NCBI GenBank assembly: GCA_021833245.1
Contig: JAKBGA010000001.1
Location: forward strand, 7,466-71,465
DNA: 64,000 bases
Direction: 5' to 3'
DNA from: a bacterium
GTDB lineage: Bacteria > Patescibacteriota > Minisyncoccia > Phycocordibacterales > Phycocordibacteraceae
Positions within the stretch are counted from its first letter, which is position 1. Each line of letters opens with the position of its first letter. The notes under the pieces were generated by a model. It searched no databases and was not told the DNA's origin. It was given only the letters and a program-made list of their open reading frames with translations. The translations under genes were made by a program, and so were the position numbers. This document shows, one piece after another, positions 59,705 to 64,000 of the stretch.

Positions 59705-60562
59705 ATGTCTGAAAAATACCCTATTTACCGAGACCCTGAACACATGCGAATGTTTGAGAGTTCATACTTGCGCCTAGATGAGGCTCATGAGCGTGCAAAA
59801 GTAGTTCTGACTGAGAACGAAATAAAACTCGAAAGGTTCGTTGGTTTATATGATGAAAATGTTCTTGCACGTGATGCTGAGAAAGTGAGGCGCCTTAAGG
59901 AAGGGTTTGAATCGTCACCAAGCAAAGCTTATGCCGATATTTTCGAAGCCATTGTCTGCGAACACGGGGAATTGAGCGATTGGTTCGGCTCAGGATGCGA
60001 GATTATTAAGACATCTCTTTTCGATGATTACGTGAACGGAATTGACATGGTTGCCGAGATCAAGGGAGAGCATCAAGGATTCTCGCATTTAGCTCTCGGC
60101 ATTGATGTGACATTCGGAAGCAAAGATCTGCGCAAAAAATTTGATCCGATACGCGCTGGAATAGATAAGGGCCATCTAGGGGAGATAAAATATTTTTATA
60201 CTGAACGCCAACATTATAGGGCACACTTGGAGAAGGTACCGCAAGTGGTGGTAGGAGTTGAAATAGAGAGGTTAAAAGATCTCGCTCTTTTATGGATGAA
60301 TAGAAAGAATAAAGAGTTAAGTAGACACCCAGCTCAAATTATAATCCTTGAAGAAATCGCCTTACAACTTGAAACCTTCGAGAGTTACGCCAAGAAAAGT
60401 GATAGGCGAGAGGTAAAAAGTTTAGCTCCTATCATGGAAAGAGAATTGTGGAAAATACGTGGGCTTCTTGAAGAGAAAAAGAAGAATGGAATTGTAGGAG
60501 TGAAAGGTGATAGGGTTTTTGAAGAGATACGCAGAAACCTGCATTCCTTCATGCCGATTTAA
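59705..60562 (+). CDS. hypothetical cytoplasmic protein (285 aa) immediately upstream of pilB
   Basis: A clean ORF 105 nt upstream of pilB on the same strand, with no TM and no motif I can assign. Confidence 0.45.
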   Translation: MSEKYPIYRDPEHMRMFESSYLRLDEAHERAKVVLTENEIKLERFVGLYDENVLARDAEKVRRLKEGFESSPSKAYADIFEAIVCEHGELSDWFGSGCEIIKTSLFDDYVNGIDMVAEIKGEHQGFSHLALGIDVTFGSKDLRKKFDPIRAGIDKGHLGEIKYFYTERQHYRAHLEKVPQVVVGVEIERLKDLALLWMNRKNKELSRHPAQIIILEEIALQLETFESYAKKSDRREVKSLAPIMERELWKIRGLLEEKKKNGIVGVKGDRVFEEIRRNLHSFMPI

Positions 60563-60667
60563 TTTTAATAACACATAATACTTTTACCATCACTCATATC
60601 TAGATGAAGAAGGTGTTGTGAAATGCGTCATCTTGACGGAGTAGAACACGCTATACTGTGACATAAT

Positions 60668-62416
60668 ATGCACGTCATGGGGGAAGAAATAAAAGAGTTC
60701 ATCATCGATTCTGGGCTTGTTGCTAAGAAGGACATTGACGCTGCTATCGATGAGTCAAAGAAACGTGGGCAATCTCTTGGTGACGTACTCGTTTCGCGCG
60801 GCTCTCTAAGTGAAGACGCGCTTCGACGTATTCAGGCATACATGCTTGGTATCCCATTTGTAAATTTAAAAGAACATCATATTCCAATTGATATTCTTGC
60901 CCTCATTCCAGAACCAATTGCGCGCACACATAATATTATTGCATTCAAAAAGGATAATGGGTCACTTGAGGTCGCAATGCTTGATGTCGAAGACATCGCC
61001 TCAATAGATTCGGTACGAAAAAAGACTGGTCTTAAAATACTCCCACGATTGACTGATACAGAGAGCATAAAATATGCGCTTCTACAATATCAAAAATCTC
61101 TAAAAGATGAGTTTGGAGATATCATATCGACTGAGGCTGGAAAGATTCACATTGTTTCTCAGGATGGGAAGGAGCTCTCGGGTGAGGAACTAAAAAAAAT
61201 GGCCGAGGATCTGCCGATCGTACGTATCGTCGATACACTTCTAAGACACGCCGTTGTGCAAGGTGCTTCAGATATTCATATTGAGCCGATGGAGGATGAG
61301 GTATTAGTTCGCTATCGTATAGATGGCATGCTTCATGACGCAATGACGCTTCCATCTGCTGCTGCCGCTGGTATCGTCGCGCGCATCAAGGTGCTTTCAA
61401 ACCTAAAGCTTGATGAAAAACGTCTTCCACAAGATGGACGTTTCAAGATGGAAACTGAGAACGATCGCGTCTCCTTCCGCGTCTCAATCCTTCCGACATT
61501 CTTTGGCGAGAAAACAGTCATGCGTCTTTTGCGTGAGACCGGTGAAGGATTCACGCTTGACGTGCTCGGTCTTCACGGCGAAAACATGGAGCGAATTCAT
61601 CGAGCGCTTACACAAACAACTGGCATTATTCTCGTCTCAGGACCAACTGGTTCTGGTAAAACAACGACACTTTATACCATGCTCGATATCCTGAATCGAC
61701 CAGACGTCAACATATCGACGATTGAAGACCCGATTGAGTACCAAATGAAACGCATTAATCAAACGCAAGTGAATCCGCAAATAGGATTCACGTTCGCAAA
61801 TGGACTTCGATCGCTTGTACGCCAGGATCCTGATATTATTATGGTCGGCGAAATTCGTGATAATGAGACAGCATCGCTCGCGATTAATGCAGCCCTCACA
61901 GGCCATCTCGTACTCTCAACGATACACACCAACAACGCCGCGGGCGCCATTCCACGCCTTATCGATATGGGTGTTGAACCTTTTCTCCTCGTTTCTACTA
62001 TTCGGGTCATCATCGGACAGCGCCTTGTGCGTAAATTCTGTGAAGAAAAAGAAGAATACGCGATGGACAAAATCACACGTGCGAAAATCGCAAATGATGC
62101 TGAATTTAATGCAGCGTTTAAAGTGCTTCAGGACGAAAAACTTGTGAGAAAGGGGTCATCGCTTGATGAACTTCGTTTTTATCGACCCATTCCTTCAGCC
62201 GAATGCGAGGATGGCTACAAGACTCGCATCGGTATTCATGAAGTGCTCACCGTCTCATCTGCAATCCGGGAAATCATCCTGCATTCAAGTACGAGCGAGG
62301 CGATCGAGGAGCAAGCGAAGAAAGAAGGTATGCTCACCATGTTTGAGGATGGCCTTTACAAAGCAGCGCGCGGCATCACAAGTCTTGAGGAAGTTTTGCG
62401 TGCGGTAACCGAATAA
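60668..62416 (+). CDS. pilB: type IV pilus assembly ATPase PilB / GspE family
   Basis: N-terminal T2SSE_N domain, Walker A (GPTGSGKTTTLY), Asp box, Walker B and His box. Confidence 0.9.
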   Translation: MHVMGEEIKEFIIDSGLVAKKDIDAAIDESKKRGQSLGDVLVSRGSLSEDALRRIQAYMLGIPFVNLKEHHIPIDILALIPEPIARTHNIIAFKKDNGSLEVAMLDVEDIASIDSVRKKTGLKILPRLTDTESIKYALLQYQKSLKDEFGDIISTEAGKIHIVSQDGKELSGEELKKMAEDLPIVRIVDTLLRHAVVQGASDIHIEPMEDEVLVRYRIDGMLHDAMTLPSAAAAGIVARIKVLSNLKLDEKRLPQDGRFKMETENDRVSFRVSILPTFFGEKTVMRLLRETGEGFTLDVLGLHGENMERIHRALTQTTGIILVSGPTGSGKTTTLYTMLDILNRPDVNISTIEDPIEYQMKRINQTQVNPQIGFTFANGLRSLVRQDPDIIMVGEIRDNETASLAINAALTGHLVLSTIHTNNAAGAIPRLIDMGVEPFLLVSTIRVIIGQRLVRKFCEEKEEYAMDKITRAKIANDAEFNAAFKVLQDEKLVRKGSSLDELRFYRPIPSAECEDGYKTRIGIHEVLTVSSAIREIILHSSTSEAIEEQAKKEGMLTMFEDGLYKAARGITSLEEVLRAVTE

Positions 62417-62418
62417 GC

Positions 62419-63633
62419 ATGAAGTTTCATGTGACTATAAGAAAGGGCGGTACATCAGATGAGGTGCGCGCTGTCGAGGCATCCTCGCGCTTCGCAGTGT
62501 ATGACCAAGTACAGAAAGAAGGAGGCACGGTTATAGAACTTGAGGAGGATGCTGAGAAACTTGCGCTTCCCGCATGGCTCAATATCTCTATTGGCACAGG
62601 TGTGAAACGCGCTGAAATAATCAGATTGGCTCGAAATCTTTCTGCAATGCTCAATGCCGGCCTACCACTTTCTCGAGCACTTTCAGTTATCGAACGACAA
62701 TCGGGTAATAAACATTTAAAGATAATCGTCGCGAAAATTTCCGACTCTATTAAAAAAGGTTCCTCGTTCCATGAGGCATTGGCCGTCTATCCGAAAATAT
62801 TTCCTGAACTTTTTATTGCTATGGTAAGGGCAGGCGAAGAATCAGGTTCTCTCACCGATGCACTTAATGTTGTCGCGATTCAGATGGAACGCTCAGAGAC
62901 ATTGGTGCGGAAAATAAAGGGTGCCATGATTTACCCATCAATCGTTATCACCGCAATAATTATTGTCGGTATTCTCATGCTGATTTTCGTCGTACCAACG
63001 CTGACGAGTACCTTTACCGAACTTCATGTGCCACTGCCGTTTGCTACTCGCGTTATTGTTGCCGTATCAAATTTTACAGTTGCCAATGTTGCATTTTTGT
63101 TCCCCGTGCTCATTGTACTTGTTGTTGGGGGTATTACGTTCGTTCGCTCTAGAGTAGGTAGCAATGTCATACTCTCAGGTGCACTTTATCTACCAGTCGT
63201 GAACGAACTCATACGTGAGACCTACACTGCACGTGCATCCCGTACACTCTCCTCTCTTCTTTCCTCTGGTGTTCCAGTACTTGAGGCACTCTCCATAACA
63301 AAAGACGTTGTGCACGCGACTGCCTTTGCAGCTGTAATAAGTGAAGCAGAAGAGCGTGTTAAGAAAGGTGAACTTTTATCAACTGCGTTCGCAGAGAACA
63401 CAAAACTTTATCCAGTTCTAATGGGTGACATGCTTTCGGTTGGAGAGGAGACCGGAAAAGTTGCTGAGATGCTGAAACAGATTGCCGAATTTTATGAAGA
63501 GGATGTCGCAGAAAAAACGAAAGACCTTTCGACTATCATCGAGCCGGTTCTCATGTTGTTTATCGGTACTATTGTTGGTATTTTCGCTGTCGCAATGATC
63601 GCGCCGATTTACTCTCTGTCATCTGCCTTCTAA
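62419..63633 (+). CDS. pilC: type IV pilus platform protein PilC / GspF family
   Basis: Two T2SF repeats, three TM helices and a conserved GEESG motif. Starts 3 nt after the pilB stop. Confidence 0.9.
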   Translation: MKFHVTIRKGGTSDEVRAVEASSRFAVYDQVQKEGGTVIELEEDAEKLALPAWLNISIGTGVKRAEIIRLARNLSAMLNAGLPLSRALSVIERQSGNKHLKIIVAKISDSIKKGSSFHEALAVYPKIFPELFIAMVRAGEESGSLTDALNVVAIQMERSETLVRKIKGAMIYPSIVITAIIIVGILMLIFVVPTLTSTFTELHVPLPFATRVIVAVSNFTVANVAFLFPVLIVLVVGGITFVRSRVGSNVILSGALYLPVVNELIRETYTARASRTLSSLLSSGVPVLEALSITKDVVHATAFAAVISEAEERVKKGELLSTAFAENTKLYPVLMGDMLSVGEETGKVAEMLKQIAEFYEEDVAEKTKDLSTIIEPVLMLFIGTIVGIFAVAMIAPIYSLSSAF

Positions 63634-63634
63634 T

Positions 63635-64000
63635 ATGCACTCGCCACGCGGATTCACACTCATAGAAGTCATTGTGTCAATATTTTTTGTTGGTATTGCC
63701 TTGATCATATTGCAATCGATCATTAGAAGTGACGTTCTTGTGCAAACTTCGAAAGATGAGGGTATAGCGCTCGCTATCGCTAGTGATGAACTTGAAAAGT
63801 TACGTATAAATGGATACACGTCACTTCCTCCAAGCGGCTCATTTTCAACGAGTTTAATGAGTACACTTCCTTCCGCAACTACCACACTCGTAGTTAATGT
63901 GTACAATGCAGGAACAGATCAGGTAACCGCGAGCGTCTTGTGGCAAGAACCTGGTTTAACTGCATCAAGTACGATTTCACTGTCAACACTTATTACACAG
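63635..64000 (+). CDS. prepilin-type N-terminal cleavage/methylation domain protein (pilin/pseudopilin), 3' end beyond window
   Basis: MHSPRGFTLIEVIVSIFFVGIALIIL is the class III signal peptide (G/FTLIE). The ORF starts 2 nt after the pilC stop and stays open to the window end. Confidence 0.75.
   Translation, partial: MHSPRGFTLIEVIVSIFFVGIALIILQSIIRSDVLVQTSKDEGIALAIASDELEKLRINGYTSLPPSGSFSTSLMSTLPSATTTLVVNVYNAGTDQVTASVLWQEPGLTASSTISLSTLITQ

Noticed and set aside
1-64000. CRISPR arrays, rRNA genes, IS elements with terminal inverted repeats
   Set aside because: I found no regularly spaced direct repeats, no rRNA-like sequence, and no transposase-like ORF in any frame. The only recombinases are a Xer-type tyrosine recombinase and an EndoVII-like nuclease.

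Overview
This 64 kb window looks like a chromosomal segment from a small-genome bacterium, most likely a CPR/Patescibacteria lineage. The assignment rests on the absence of L30 between S5 and L15, an Ndk with an internal insertion, N-terminal extensions on several ribosomal proteins, compact overlapping genes, and several peptidoglycan-binding and type IV pilus genes. TGA is used as a stop codon, so the genetic code is standard. Most of the window is a minus-strand str-S10-spc ribosomal supercluster (rpsL-rpsG-fusA-tuf-rpsJ-rplC...rplO-secY-adk-map-ndk, about 29.9 kb down to 8.2 kb). That supercluster is unusually interrupted by five non-ribosomal inserts: a 136-aa hypothetical between rpsG and fusA, a BNR/Asp-box repeat membrane protein between fusA and tuf, a small sugar-phosphate transferase with its own terminator between rpsJ and rplC, an opposite-strand DUF3298/RsiV-like gene between rplB and rpsS, and a 500 bp non-coding spacer between rplE and rpsN. 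The other elements are an infC-rpmI-rplT operon, base-excision repair genes (nth plus a HhH-GPD glycosylase), a five-gene minus-strand envelope operon of unknown function feeding into rpsL, and a tRNA-Gly(GCC)/tRNA-Pro(TGG)-flanked AT-rich islet carrying an endonuclease VII-like gene. Housekeeping genes (rsmA, uvrD-like helicase, xer recombinase, xth, cca, hup, rny, clpP, ppa, nusA) and the start of a type IV pilus operon (pilB, pilC, prepilin) complete the window. I found no rRNA and no CRISPR array. Feature coordinates come from codon arithmetic on the supplied ORF track. Hairpin and tRNA coordinates were read from the sequence and may be off by 1-2 nt.
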